Positions 19,227 to 30,808 of a stretch of DNA of 64,000 bases are shown piece by piece. Within the stretch, counting starts at the first letter, position 1; every line of letters begins with the position of its first letter. Both the position numbers and the translations under genes were made by a program. The DNA lies in assembly GCA_965263295.1 (NCBI GenBank), contig OZ253665.1, positions 864,001-928,000 of the forward strand. Direction: 5' to 3'. This stretch comes from Spirochaetia bacterium (GTDB taxonomy: Bacteria > Spirochaetota > Spirochaetia > SP-2023). The notes below the pieces were generated by a model. The model searched no databases. It was not told the origin of the DNA and was given only the letters and a program-made list of their open reading frames with translations.

Positions 19227-20612
19227 TTAACATCGCTTTTTCAATACGGCCAGGCTTTCGATGTGATGAGTCTGGGGGTAAAAATCCACCAGGCGCCAAT
19301 ACTCCAGCTCATAGCCTCGCGCCGCAGAGGCGCCAGCGTTTATCTGGCATAAACGCCCAATATCCCGGGCCCAGCTCGCCGCATCACAGGACAGATACAT
19401 AATATATTCGGCACCACAGCCGTGCAATTGGCGGGCAACATTGTCGCTGAGCCCACCGCGCGCTGGATCCACAAAAATAAAACCGCCGCGCAACGCGGCA
19501 TGATCGCCCTGCAAAAGTTCACGCAAGAATTCGCCGACACTTTGCTGCCGGCATGTGAAACCTGTTTTAGCCAGATTCTGCTGTAAATAAATGCCAGCTG
19601 CGGAATCGCGTTCCACCGCAAAGCGCGGCACCGTGTTCGGCAAGCCAGGCTCAAAGCACAAGCTGAACAAGCCGACACCAGCGTACAGATCGCAAAAGGC
19701 GCCGTTCCACTTGCCCTGTAAATCCTTAAAAATCCGCCGCAGCTCGGCAAGGACAAGAGGCAAGACCTTAGCATTACTCTGAAAAAACAGTTGGGCCTGG
19801 CTGCGTATTTCGATGTCATTCCAACGATAGCCAAACTCTTCCGCACCGAAAACACAAACATTTTTAGTGCCAAAGGCATGCAGCTCATCAGTCAAACCCC
19901 GGCCCGGGGCTTTGTCCGCCCGATCGCCAACAGCAGCTAATATATTCGGAGCCAAAATCTTGCACTCTGGTACGGCGATAACTTCATTGCTGGCACGGCG
20001 ACAAAATCCGTAAAAGGAACGCCCTTTTTTCTTACCAAGCCAGAACTTGGCGCGTTGGCGGTAGCCCCAGCCCACTGACAGCCCTTCAGCCTGCGCCAAC
20101 TCCCCCGTAGCGCCGCGCCGCGGATACTCGGCAATGTACGGCTGCCGCTTGTCCTCCCAGTCGACATCACGCCCCGCCAGACGCTTCAAGTTTTCAATTA
20201 TAATTTGCTCCTTGTAATCCAGTTGTGCCCCATAAGCTATATGCTGCCAATCACAGCCACCACAAATATTGTAATGCGGACAGCGTGGACTTACGCGCAG
20301 AGGCGAAGCTTCTAGCAGTTCAACGAGTTCACCTCGACGAAAGCCGCGTTTATCCGCTTTGGCAATCCGTTCAGCTGCCGAAACGCGAAAGCGCAATCTC
20401 TCCCCCGGCAATACCTGCTCGACAAAACAAACACCTAAATCCGGATGACGCAAGAGACCAGCTCCACCGAAGACCAGTTTTTCTACTCGTCCCTCAGCTT
20501 CTAGATATTTAATTTTCTTAGAGGTAATTTGCTTGGATGGAATTGACTTGGGAAGACTATCTCTGGAAAAATCTTGAGTTACTTCCTGCGATGGATCTGT
20601 CGATTCTGACAT
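19227..20612 (-). CDS. TRAM-domain 23S rRNA (uracil-5)-methyltransferase (RlmD/RumA-like)
   Basis: CPHY..CGGCDWQH 4Fe-4S motif, FFQSN, DLYAGVG, DPARGG, YLSCD and DFYPQTHHIES. Confidence 0.9.
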   Translation of the reverse strand: MSESTDPSQEVTQDFSRDSLPKSIPSKQITSKKIKYLEAEGRVEKLVFGGAGLLRHPDLGVCFVEQVLPGERLRFRVSAAERIAKADKRGFRRGELVELLEASPLRVSPRCPHYNICGGCDWQHIAYGAQLDYKEQIIIENLKRLAGRDVDWEDKRQPYIAEYPRRGATGELAQAEGLSVGWGYRQRAKFWLGKKKGRSFYGFCRRASNEVIAVPECKILAPNILAAVGDRADKAPGRGLTDELHAFGTKNVCVFGAEEFGYRWNDIEIRSQAQLFFQSNAKVLPLVLAELRRIFKDLQGKWNGAFCDLYAGVGLFSLCFEPGLPNTVPRFAVERDSAAGIYLQQNLAKTGFTCRQQSVGEFLRELLQGDHAALRGGFIFVDPARGGLSDNVARQLHGCGAEYIMYLSCDAASWARDIGRLCQINAGASAARGYELEYWRLVDFYPQTHHIESLAVLKKRC

Positions 20613-20629
20613 GAGGCATATAATTGAGT

Positions 20630-21388
20630 TTAAAATTTCTGCAGAAATTCAGTGTAATTGTACTGATATAGGTCAAATTTTTTTTGTTCTTCCGCCCTAA
20701 GACTATCTAAGTACTTTTTATCAATAATTTTATATTGTAGATTCTGCTCCAACGTAAGCATAGTCTGTTCGTTTTGCCAGATGCTGCGTTGTGGATTGAG
20801 CTCTTTGGGATTGCCGTAATCATGAGTGAACTTCCGCAATAGCTGGTCGTATGAATTCCACTTTGGGTCAAAGAAGATAGTAATCGCCACCAGTTTAGGT
20901 TCGCTCTGCTTATCCTGGACGGCAAACTGGAACAGACCTTTGTCCACAAAGCCGTTCCCGCGCACCTCAAGCAGTGTTTCCTGTTTGCCCCCTTCCTCAA
21001 TTTCAGAAAAGAAGGCGTCGTAAAGAAAATAATAATAGCTCTCAGGCAAGACGCCATCCTTTTGGCCTGAATGGCTGACCTGCTGGCGAAACTCGGCGAC
21101 CGTCTGTCCCAACTCAATACTGATAAAATTGCGTTTCAACGGCTGTGTAAAAGCATTTTTTTGTGCCTCATTTTGTACCTCACCTGGCTCTTCATTTGGC
21201 ACCTCAGCTTGTACTTCATTTTGGCGTGTGGCGGGAGAAGTCTCTTGGGACCAAAGGCCTGCGGAACCTAGGGAAAGTCCTGCCGCCAGAGCGAGTACAG
21301 CTCCGACACCTCCCAAATTTGGTCGAATCAGCAGAGACAGGATTCGTAAAAGTGAGTCACGCTTTAATGTGATGGATTGGGCTTGCAT
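20630..21388 (-). CDS. Hypothetical exported protein
   Basis: 252-aa ORF with a signal-like N-terminus and a 4-residue repeat linker, co-oriented with the rlmD-like gene. Confidence 0.7.
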   Translation of the reverse strand: MQAQSITLKRDSLLRILSLLIRPNLGGVGAVLALAAGLSLGSAGLWSQETSPATRQNEVQAEVPNEEPGEVQNEAQKNAFTQPLKRNFISIELGQTVAEFRQQVSHSGQKDGVLPESYYYFLYDAFFSEIEEGGKQETLLEVRGNGFVDKGLFQFAVQDKQSEPKLVAITIFFDPKWNSYDQLLRKFTHDYGNPKELNPQRSIWQNEQTMLTLEQNLQYKIIDKKYLDSLRAEEQKKFDLYQYNYTEFLQKF

Positions 21389-21567
21389 CTAATGACAGAA
21401 CTGGACACGACTACTCACGGCAAAGTAGATTTTCCAGTTTTCCTTTCCCCTTTTTTGTCGGGTCGTAAGGACTCGTAGAGCCCAAACACACTCAATGAAA
21501 CGAATATTATATAACAATATCGGCCTGAGCCTAAAACAATTTGCAAAAATTTGCAACAATTTGCCAA

Positions 21568-23301
21568 TCAGCCGGACAATGTCCTGCCGCCAGGTAGCAA
21601 CTCACCGAGGAGGTAAAACGAGCCACAAATTAAGATCAGTTCAGGCTTGCGGTCCAACAAAGTTTGTAACGCTTGCCGCGGCTCTGTGACCACGGGCAAG
21701 AGTCGCCTCTTGCCCCCTGATTTAAGCCCCATTTGTGGCAGTGTTTGCAAAGATAGTTCAAAGGCTTTTTGTAAAGAATTTAAGTCGTTTTCTTTAAATG
21801 TCCCGGCGCGAGTCAAGAGGATATAATCAAAATGAGGCGACAAAATGTTTGCCATTTCGTGGAATTTTTTGCCCCGCACCGCGCCAAATAACAAACCCAG
21901 TTTTATTTCTTCACGCTGTTTGCCGGCAAAGTCTAAATAACAGTACAAATAATCTTGCAAATCCTCCAGTAAACGCTGGCAGGAAACAGGGGTATGAGCA
22001 CCGTCAAACAGCAGCAAACATTGTTGTTCTTCCAGCCAATAACTGGCAAAACGCCCCGGCACCCGGCTGTGCTGCAGCCCCTGCGAAATCCATTCAACTG
22101 TTTGCGCCCCTAGCACTCCCAGTATGTCCAGACCCAACAAGGCCAGGCTCAGGTTATCTAACTGAGTCCTACTGCAGCCCCGTAGGTAAACACTGCCGCG
22201 TCGGCATATTGATGGGCCGGATTCAAATTGAAAAGTAAATTTGCGGGGTCGCCAGAAAATTTCCCGCAGTGATACAGAATCTCTTCTTTCTGTATCCATG
22301 TGCTCGATGCGATTAGATGAAACAATAGGGCCCAAATGCTCTTCATTCAGCTGTGGCAAAGATTCTGCCAGGCCATACAAAGGGGACTGCTGTCCGTTAC
22401 TGCGCGCACGCAATACGGCTTCAACTTCCGCATATTGCCGCGCAGAGATGCAAGGCCGCCCAGACTTGATGATCGCCGCCTTCTCTCCGGCCACCAGTTC
22501 CAGACGGTCGCCCAGCAGATCGGTATGCTCTAGCTCAATTGGTGTCAGCACAGACAACTCTGGCAGCACGGTATTAGTTGGACACAGACGTCCGCCAATC
22601 CCCGTTTCCAGCACGACCCAATCGCAAGCCAATGCGGCAAAACTGCGAAAAGCCAGCAAGGTCAATATGGCGAAAAAGTTAGGCCGACACCACAACTTGT
22701 CGCCGCCAGCTTCGTCCCAGTCGCAAGCCCAACGGAACCGCGCCAAGTCTCGACGCAAGCGGCTACCTTGCCGCAATAAGGTTGCGCTAATATCCGCTGA
22801 TACAATGGAGATTAGCGGTGTCGACCCTTGAGTTATCGTCGCAGCAGACTGTAATGACATGCCGTTGAAATAGCGATGCATATGATGGCCGGGCTGAATT
22901 GCAGCCCCGGCGGTATGGGAGGGGGGATGGGTGCCGGAATTGGTGGCCGGATCAATTTGAGCCTGCAGAACCTGAATGCGTTCGCTATAAGAATGCACAT
23001 GTGGCGAACTAAACAAACCAACCCGCCGCCCCGAATTAGCTCCCGCAGCACAAAGACCATAAGCAATATAACTGGAAGTCTGTCCCTTGCCCTTCGAACC
23101 AGCGACATGAATGCTACGCAATTGCGCTTGGGGCAAACCGAGTTCCTCACAGAGCGCGCGGAATTGCAATGCGCGTAATTCCGCGCGCTCGCTGCCGCCC
23201 TGGCTTACACCCTTCTTTACACCCTTGCCTATAAAAGATTCAACCCAGGCCCAGAGCTCGTCAAGGTTTTCAAATTCCACAGAATCCCACAATATAAGCA
23301 C
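21568..23301 (-). CDS. folC: Folylpolyglutamate synthase/dihydrofolate synthase
   Basis: IHVAGSKGKG, FSSPHV...ERI, VLETGIGGRL..TN, IELEHT..LG, DGAHT and ICGSFYL. Contains insertions. Confidence 0.9.
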   Translation of the reverse strand: MLILWDSVEFENLDELWAWVESFIGKGVKKGVSQGGSERAELRALQFRALCEELGLPQAQLRSIHVAGSKGKGQTSSYIAYGLCAAGANSGRRVGLFSSPHVHSYSERIQVLQAQIDPATNSGTHPPSHTAGAAIQPGHHMHRYFNGMSLQSAATITQGSTPLISIVSADISATLLRQGSRLRRDLARFRWACDWDEAGGDKLWCRPNFFAILTLLAFRSFAALACDWVVLETGIGGRLCPTNTVLPELSVLTPIELEHTDLLGDRLELVAGEKAAIIKSGRPCISARQYAEVEAVLRARSNGQQSPLYGLAESLPQLNEEHLGPIVSSNRIEHMDTERRDSVSLREIFWRPRKFTFQFESGPSICRRGSVYLRGCSRTQLDNLSLALLGLDILGVLGAQTVEWISQGLQHSRVPGRFASYWLEEQQCLLLFDGAHTPVSCQRLLEDLQDYLYCYLDFAGKQREEIKLGLLFGAVRGKKFHEMANILSPHFDYILLTRAGTFKENDLNSLQKAFELSLQTLPQMGLKSGGKRRLLPVVTEPRQALQTLLDRKPELILICGSFYLLGELLPGGRTLSG

Positions 23302-23404
23302 TAAAAAATCGGCAACGCTTTTGCGCTGCCCAAATCATACATCGCTTGTGAGCTTGCCCGGCAACTTGCCCGGACAATCGAGCTAATATCCACACAGCGC
23401 CGGA

Positions 23405-24046
23405 CTAGTAGGTATCTTTGTCCATAGACTGGAATTTAGTGCGAACTTTTTGCAGACGATCCAAGTCGCGCTGGATAATGGCATCATAGTCGATTGTCTG
23501 ATCGTTAATATTTGCCAGCTCGGTCTCCCAACTGGCAACGCGATACAAATCCAGCCAGCGATATTCCGGTTTGCTCGCCTCCTTGGCCCAAAGCAGCACC
23601 TCCGGCCAAAAGCTTAAAGCCATCTTGTAATATTTTTCCGCCGTATCCAGAGAATCCAAATTGCTACGACGCCAGGGCGAATTGTAAAAGTATGCATTAT
23701 ACTTGTCAAAACGGTCGGCCAAATTCATATGCTCTTTGACCAACAGCAGGTTGACATGCATCACAAATAATGCCTGATAATATTTCCACTCTTCTTTGTC
23801 CCCGATTTCAGCCAGGGCATTCAGAGGATTGACAAAAGGAGACGAGCGTGCCGCGAGCAGATAGTTTATATTCCCCATTATGTCTTCAGGGTAATAGTAA
23901 AGGTTGCGCCGGTACAACTTGTAGTACTGCTCGGCATAAGCATAATTATAAGCTTCAAGATGACTGCCCGATCTGGAACTTCCCACAACGGGTAATAAAA
24001 ACAGAAATAGCAGTATATGCAACCAATAGCTTCTCGTCATTGTCAA
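23405..24046 (-). CDS. Hypothetical exported helical protein
   Basis: 213-aa ORF with a signal peptide; Tyr-rich and helical, with an FVNPLNAL segment. Confidence 0.75.
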   Translation of the reverse strand: MTMTRSYWLHILLFLFLLPVVGSSRSGSHLEAYNYAYAEQYYKLYRRNLYYYPEDIMGNINYLLAARSSPFVNPLNALAEIGDKEEWKYYQALFVMHVNLLLVKEHMNLADRFDKYNAYFYNSPWRRSNLDSLDTAEKYYKMALSFWPEVLLWAKEASKPEYRWLDLYRVASWETELANINDQTIDYDAIIQRDLDRLQKVRTKFQSMDKDTY

Positions 24047-24134
24047 AGCTCTCTCGCGTTCAAACCTAAATTTTTCATGCCATTTTTCATACCCGTGTCA
24101 CCTAGCGCTAGCTTCATTACTTTCTCCGGGCCCA

Positions 24135-24932
24135 TTATCCTCGGCCAGGCTTCGCTTGTAAAAGTCGCTCTAGCGAGCCGTCCGCACCAAAATGAATGCC
24201 ACACTCTTTCTGCCCTGGCGCTTCCCACCACCAACGACCCGAACGCTCATCTTCTCCCGCGGCCACTGCGCGGGTACACGGAGCACAGCCTATGGAAGGG
24301 TAGCCCTGGTCGTGTAAGGCATTGTAAGGAATCTTGTGCTCACGGATATACGCCCAGATATCCTCGCTCTGCCATTCTGCCAGTGGGTTAAACTTGATTA
24401 GTCCAAACTGTTCATCCCACTCCAGACGCGGCAGCTCATTGCGCGTCACGCTCTGCGAACGTCTCTGCCCAGTAAGCCAGGCAGCCCGAACGCCAAAGTC
24501 GTCGCAGTGCTGCCGCAAGCGGCGACTCAGCGGTTCCACCTTGCGAAACCTACAACACAATTTACGTTGCATATGACTCTGATAAAATAAATTAGGTCCA
24601 CCCTGACGATGTAGGCGCCGCAGATCCTCAGCCGCAGGGAATATCAATTCGACACGAATACCATAATGCTCTTCCGTCTTCTCAATGCAATCATAGGTTT
24701 CCTGCGGCAAGCGTCCCGTATCCAATGAAAAGACCTTGGGTTCCGGTAATTTTGCGCCAGAAGCTTGTTCCTGTTTATAATTTTGCCATAACAGGTGCCA
24801 TATTACCTGGTCTTCGGCACTGACACTGCTAGCCAATAACAGATTCCAGCGCCGGGCCGCCCAAGAGACAAAAGCTTGTGTATTCAAGCCCTGAGATTCC
24901 GTGTGCAAATTTCGTAAATCCAACTGCTCCAT
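24135..24932 (-). CDS. cysH: Adenylyl-/phosphoadenylyl-sulfate reductase (Fe-S type, probably APS reductase)
   Basis: LDTGRLP.ETY, CC..RKVEPL, TGQRRSQS, YPSIGCAPCT and KECGIH. The CC...CxxC pattern marks the 4Fe-4S APS-using class. Confidence 0.92.
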   Translation of the reverse strand: MEQLDLRNLHTESQGLNTQAFVSWAARRWNLLLASSVSAEDQVIWHLLWQNYKQEQASGAKLPEPKVFSLDTGRLPQETYDCIEKTEEHYGIRVELIFPAAEDLRRLHRQGGPNLFYQSHMQRKLCCRFRKVEPLSRRLRQHCDDFGVRAAWLTGQRRSQSVTRNELPRLEWDEQFGLIKFNPLAEWQSEDIWAYIREHKIPYNALHDQGYPSIGCAPCTRAVAAGEDERSGRWWWEAPGQKECGIHFGADGSLERLLQAKPGRG

Positions 24933-25141
24933 GCCACCAATCTTGCTTTAGCCAGCTCAGCTTGCCTTAGAATGTCTTTAGCTGCGCCGGGACATCCCGC
25001 AGACGCGGCTTTGGGGAATGCGGGCAAGGCTAAAAAAGGCTAAAAATCGAAATAAACGCCCAAGTAAATACCCCAAATAAACACAAAGATGAATAAAAAG
25101 TCAAGGCATGCCACAGACCGTCATTCAATGGACTAAATACG

Positions 25142-25170
25142 GTGACGCACAAATAATAATTTGCTATAAT
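25142..25170 (+). promoter_or_regulatory. Putative ilvC promoter
   Basis: GTGACG-17 nt-TATAAT with an extended -10 TG. Confidence 0.55.
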
Positions 25171-25258
25171 GGAAAGGATTTTTAAAAAATTCTGCCCCGT
25201 CTGTGCCTTAGCGCCTGAAGTCGAGGCACCTATTTAAAGCTTCTGTCTGCAAAAATAG

Positions 25259-26797
<1,539 letters not shown>

Positions 26798-26817
26798 ACT
26801 TCTACAAGACGAATCAG

Positions 26818-26848
26818 GCCCGGCCGCCTTGTCTTTGCCGGGCTTTTT
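26818..26848 (+). terminator. Intrinsic terminator-like hairpin after ilvC
   Basis: GCCCGGC...GCCGGGC followed by TTTTT. Confidence 0.55.
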
Positions 26849-26854
26849 CGAGAA

Positions 26855-28183
26855 ATGAATATGATAGCAAATATGAAGGCAAAAGCCACCCCGACAAATT
26901 CTGCGGAAGATAATTTTGGGCGTAGCCATGCACAGAATTCTGTGCAGAATCCTGTGCCAGACTCTGTTCGAGATGCCGTGCCAGATTATTGGGGCGACTT
27001 TGGCGGCTGCTTCGTGCCTGAGACTTTGGTACCGGCCCTGCGCGACCTCAAAACCCTGTTTCTGCGTCTGCGACGCGACCCGCAGTTCTGTGGCGAACTC
27101 GCCGAATTGCAACAAAACTACTCTGGCCGTCCGACACCTCTGTATGAAGCCAAGAATTTATCGCGGCAGCTCGGCTGCCGCTTGTTCCTCAAACGCGAAG
27201 ACCTCTTGCACACTGGGGCCCACAAGATTAATAACACCCTCGGCCAGGGTCTCTTGGCCAAACACATGGGCAAAAAGCGCGTGATTGCCGAAACTGGCGC
27301 CGGGCAACACGGCGTGGCCACGGCTACCACAGCCGCTTTATTAGGTCTGGAATGCAGTATTTTCATGGGCCGGGAGGATATGCGGCGCCAAGCCCCGAAC
27401 GTGCAGCGCATGCAGCTGCTCGGCGCCGAGGTGATCGCGGTCACCAGCGGCTCTCACACCTTGAAAGACGCGGTCAACGCCGCACTGCAAGAGTGGGTCT
27501 GCCGTATTGAAGACACCCACTACATACTGGGCAGCGTCTCCGGCCCCAGCCCTTTTCCGGCCATCGTGGCCCATTTCCATCAATGCATCGGCCGTGAAGC
27601 CGCCCGGCAATTGGATCAGGGCTATCATATTTCTCAGCCAGACGCGGTTATTGCCTGCGTCGGCGGTGGCAGCAACGCCATCGGCCTGTTCCGCGCTTTC
27701 CTGGACATGCCCGCTGAACAGGTTAAAATCTTTGGCATTGAAGCCGGCGGCCGTTCCGACCGAGACGGTCAGCACGCCCGCACTGTCGGCCTGGGGCGCG
27801 AAGGGATTCTGCACGGCTATTATTCACTATTGCTGCAAGATGAATCGGGCAACGTGGCCGACGTGCACTCTGTCTCCGCCGGGCTCGACTATCCGGGCGT
27901 CGGTCCAGAGCATGCGGCTCTTGCCGCGTCCGGGCGCGTGCGATATGACTTTGCCCGCGATGAAGAGGCCCTGGACGCCCTGGAGCTTCTATCTAAAACC
28001 GAAGGGATTATTCCCGCGCTGGAACCCTCTCACGCACTGGCCTTCCTGCTGCGCGAACGCGAACGATTTTGCGGGCAAAACATAGTGCTCAATCTTTCCG
28101 GCCGCGGGGACAAGGACCTGGCACACTATTTTGCGGCCCAAGAACAGCGTGCCCGCAAGCATGCGGGCACGCAATTGCAATAA
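26855..28183 (+). CDS. trpB: Tryptophan synthase beta subunit
   Basis: LKREDLLHTGAHKINN, AETGAGQHG, CVGGGSNAIG, SAGLDYPGVGP and NLSGRGDKD. Confidence 0.97.
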   Translation: MNMIANMKAKATPTNSAEDNFGRSHAQNSVQNPVPDSVRDAVPDYWGDFGGCFVPETLVPALRDLKTLFLRLRRDPQFCGELAELQQNYSGRPTPLYEAKNLSRQLGCRLFLKREDLLHTGAHKINNTLGQGLLAKHMGKKRVIAETGAGQHGVATATTAALLGLECSIFMGREDMRRQAPNVQRMQLLGAEVIAVTSGSHTLKDAVNAALQEWVCRIEDTHYILGSVSGPSPFPAIVAHFHQCIGREAARQLDQGYHISQPDAVIACVGGGSNAIGLFRAFLDMPAEQVKIFGIEAGGRSDRDGQHARTVGLGREGILHGYYSLLLQDESGNVADVHSVSAGLDYPGVGPEHAALAASGRVRYDFARDEEALDALELLSKTEGIIPALEPSHALAFLLRERERFCGQNIVLNLSGRGDKDLAHYFAAQEQRARKHAGTQLQ

Positions 28184-28202
28184 CCCACGAGCGGAAATCT
28201 GT

Positions 28203-28973
28203 ATGTTCAAGCAACTCTATCGCGGAATTTATGTTTGTCTCGGCTACCCTAGCCTGCCGCAGTCGCTTGACTGCCTGGCCATTTCACAACAGCACCCAAA
28301 TATTGACTTTATTGAACTGGGCCTGCCATTCAGCGATCCCGTAGCCGATGGCCCAATAATCTCATCAGCCATACAGTCGGCTCTAAAACTAGCCCAAAAT
28401 CAGGGAATCAGCCCCCGCCTAATGCTGGAACAAGCTCTGGAGTCGCTATCTAATAGTAGTAAAGATATTTATTTGATGACTTATGGCAATATGGTCTATC
28501 AATTGCTGCAGCAGTGTGGCCGCCAAACTTTTAATACCTTACCCTTAAAGGGCTTGATCATTCCCGACGTCCCTCTTTGCGAACAAAGTTTTTTTCTCAA
28601 GCGCGGTTTAAAGCATTCTATCATTCCATTTGCCACGCCTGAGACGACGGAGCCGGATCTGCAGCTGCTGTCGCAGCCGCCGGCGTCGGCGGCTCCTTTT
28701 GTCTATTTTGTCGCTCTGCGCGGCATCACCGGCACTAGAGGCGACCTCAACAGCCAGGCATTGCGCGCGCAATACGCCCAAGTCTTTACAGCCAGCCAGG
28801 CTAAAAGGTCAGGGCAAGCGGCGCGCCCGGTGATTCTCGGCTTTGGCATTCAGGGCCCGGCAGAAATAGCACAGCTCGGCGAATTTGCCAACGGTTTTGT
28901 GGTCGGCACCGCCGCTGTGAAATTGCAGGACAGCTCCCTGAAATACCGCCAGTTTCTGGACTCCTTATTTTAA
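28203..28973 (+). CDS. trpA: Tryptophan synthase alpha subunit
   Basis: IELGLPFSDPVADGPII, LMTY.N, GLIIPD, RGITG, GFGI and VVGTA. Directly follows trpB. Confidence 0.93.
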   Translation: MFKQLYRGIYVCLGYPSLPQSLDCLAISQQHPNIDFIELGLPFSDPVADGPIISSAIQSALKLAQNQGISPRLMLEQALESLSNSSKDIYLMTYGNMVYQLLQQCGRQTFNTLPLKGLIIPDVPLCEQSFFLKRGLKHSIIPFATPETTEPDLQLLSQPPASAAPFVYFVALRGITGTRGDLNSQALRAQYAQVFTASQAKRSGQAARPVILGFGIQGPAEIAQLGEFANGFVVGTAAVKLQDSSLKYRQFLDSLF

Positions 28974-29026
28974 CCTAGCATTTTTAAATAGCCCGCAAAA
29001 AGCCTTTTTGAGCAAAAATTTGATGG

Positions 29027-30391
29027 CTAACTTCTCTTTGCGGCGTTGATATGGATATAGTCATAAGACAAGTCGCAGCCCCAGGCTTTCGCGCTGTGCT
29101 TGCCGCAGCGCAAGTCGATGGCAAAATAAATATTGGGCTGCGACAAAAGAGCTGCGGCATCGTACTCAGAATACTTGAGCAATTCGCCGCCGCGCATCAG
29201 CGCGATGGCCTCCCGCCCCCGACCCGCAGTCAAGCCTAGACGACTGAAGTCTATCGCCAGGTGATGCTCCGTCACTGCGTTGCCCAGGGCACAGTTAATG
29301 CGTCCCCAATTCATATCCTCGCCATACATTGCCGCCTTGAACAAATTGGAAGCGATCACACCCTTGGCACAACAGGCCGCCTGCTCCTCGCTGACCGCGC
29401 CGAAGACCTCGACTTCAATAAACTTATGCGCCCCTTCGGCATCGCGCACAATGGCGTGGGCCAAATCCAGACACAGGCGCTCCAGTGCGCTCGCAAACAC
29501 TTGCCAGCGCGGATGCTCCGGCGTCAAGGGTGTATTCCCCGCCACACCATTGGCCAGCATGACAACCGAATCGTTGGTCGAAGTATCACCATCGACGCTA
29601 ATGCGGTGAAAAGAGCGGTCGACACAGCGGCGCAGCAAAGCCGCCAAGGCCCCCTGCTCTACAGCGGCGTCGGTCGTAATAAAGGCCAACATCGTCGCCA
29701 TGTTCGGGTGAATCATGCCCGATCCCTTGGCATTGCCGGAGAGCGTCACCAGCTGCCCGTCAATTTCCATGGTGTAGCAACTGGTCTTGGTGACCTGGTC
29801 TGTCGTTAAAATAGCGCGGCTAAAATCGCTGCCGGCCTTCGGAGCCTCGCCCGGCTGTAAAGCTTGTATTCCCCTGCCCATCGTTGCCATATCGGGCAAG
29901 ACGCCGATTACCCCAGTGGAAAACACCGCCACCAGTTCCGGCCGGGCAATCCCCATCTTTTGCTGAAACAGGGCCTGCGCTTGCCGGGCTACATCCATGC
30001 CGCGCTTGCCCGTACCGGTATTGGCCTGACCGCTATTGCATAGTAGGCCTTGCAACAGACCCCCCGTCTGCCGCAAAGCCGCGCGCGCGACATGCACATG
30101 AGCACCACAAAACTGATTTTGGGTGAACATGGCCGCCGCCTGCGCTGGAACCTGAGAGTATATACAGCCCAGGTCCAGGCGACTGGAATTGCGGCGAAAA
30201 CCGGCATGCAATCCCGCAGCCCCAAAGCCCCGAGGCAAGTTGATCATACCGTGAGGATGCTTGGTCCAACCCGGATTCCCGGATTCCCCTGGATTCGGCG
30301 AGCTCGCCGAATCCAGGGGAATCCGGGAATCCGTCGGGGAAACGGCGGCAAGATTCTTTTGATTTTCGGGATTCGCCGCAGCTTCCTTCAC
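29027..30391 (-). CDS. argJ: Glutamate N-acetyltransferase / ornithine acetyltransferase
   Basis: NSGQANTGTG, STGVIG, AILTTD, AKGSGMIHPNMATML, SVDGDTSTND and WGCDLSYDYIHINA. Start uncertain (GTG 30391 or ATG 30247). Confidence 0.95.
   Translation of the reverse strand: MKEAAANPENQKNLAAVSPTDSRIPLDSASSPNPGESGNPGWTKHPHGMINLPRGFGAAGLHAGFRRNSSRLDLGCIYSQVPAQAAAMFTQNQFCGAHVHVARAALRQTGGLLQGLLCNSGQANTGTGKRGMDVARQAQALFQQKMGIARPELVAVFSTGVIGVLPDMATMGRGIQALQPGEAPKAGSDFSRAILTTDQVTKTSCYTMEIDGQLVTLSGNAKGSGMIHPNMATMLAFITTDAAVEQGALAALLRRCVDRSFHRISVDGDTSTNDSVVMLANGVAGNTPLTPEHPRWQVFASALERLCLDLAHAIVRDAEGAHKFIEVEVFGAVSEEQAACCAKGVIASNLFKAAMYGEDMNWGRINCALGNAVTEHHLAIDFSRLGLTAGRGREAIALMRGGELLKYSEYDAAALLSQPNIYFAIDLRCGKHSAKAWGCDLSYDYIHINAAKRS
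30272..30333. repeat. Perfect 62-bp palindrome in the argJ 5' region
   Basis: CGGATTCCCGGATTCCCCTGGATTCGGCGAG|CTCGCCGAATCCAGGGGAATCCGGGAATCCG, with no mismatch and no spacer. Confidence 0.95.
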
Positions 30392-30494
30392 TTTGCTCCA
30401 TACCTCAATGCATCTGGCCGCCGGCCCAAAACTCTCCGAGACAAAAATACTCCGATACCGATTCGGGGGCCATCACCTAGAACGCCAGAAAACG

Positions 30495-30541
30495 CAAGTA
30501 CACAAAAAAGCCTAGCTTGGCTAGGCTTTTTTGTGTACTTG
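30495..30541. terminator. Terminator hairpin downstream of tRNA-Gly (bidirectional type)
   Basis: Perfect 22-bp arms CAAGTACACAAAAAAGCCTAGC / GCTAGGCTTTTTTGTGTACTTG around a 3-nt loop. Confidence 0.85.
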
Positions 30542-30545
30542 ACAG

Positions 30546-30618
<73 letters not shown>

Positions 30619-30808
30619 TTTTTTTGCTTTTTATATGCGCGCTTTGCATCCCGCACCATTACCCGGCACTGCCAGCTAACTAAGCACGTATGCTACAAAA
30701 AAAAAACTTTTATGCAAGTACCTAAAGAAAAACTCCAGATTTTTTTGACAAAACTTCTGTTTATTCTATTAAATGAAGTTTTTTACCGGAGCGTTTTGAA
30801 CTCAAACC

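Noticed and set aside
18655..19230. 191-aa plus-strand ORF and 61-aa minus-strand ORF between murA and the rlmD-like gene
   Set aside because: No RBS or family motifs were found, the longer one overlaps the murA start, and the composition is not protein-like.
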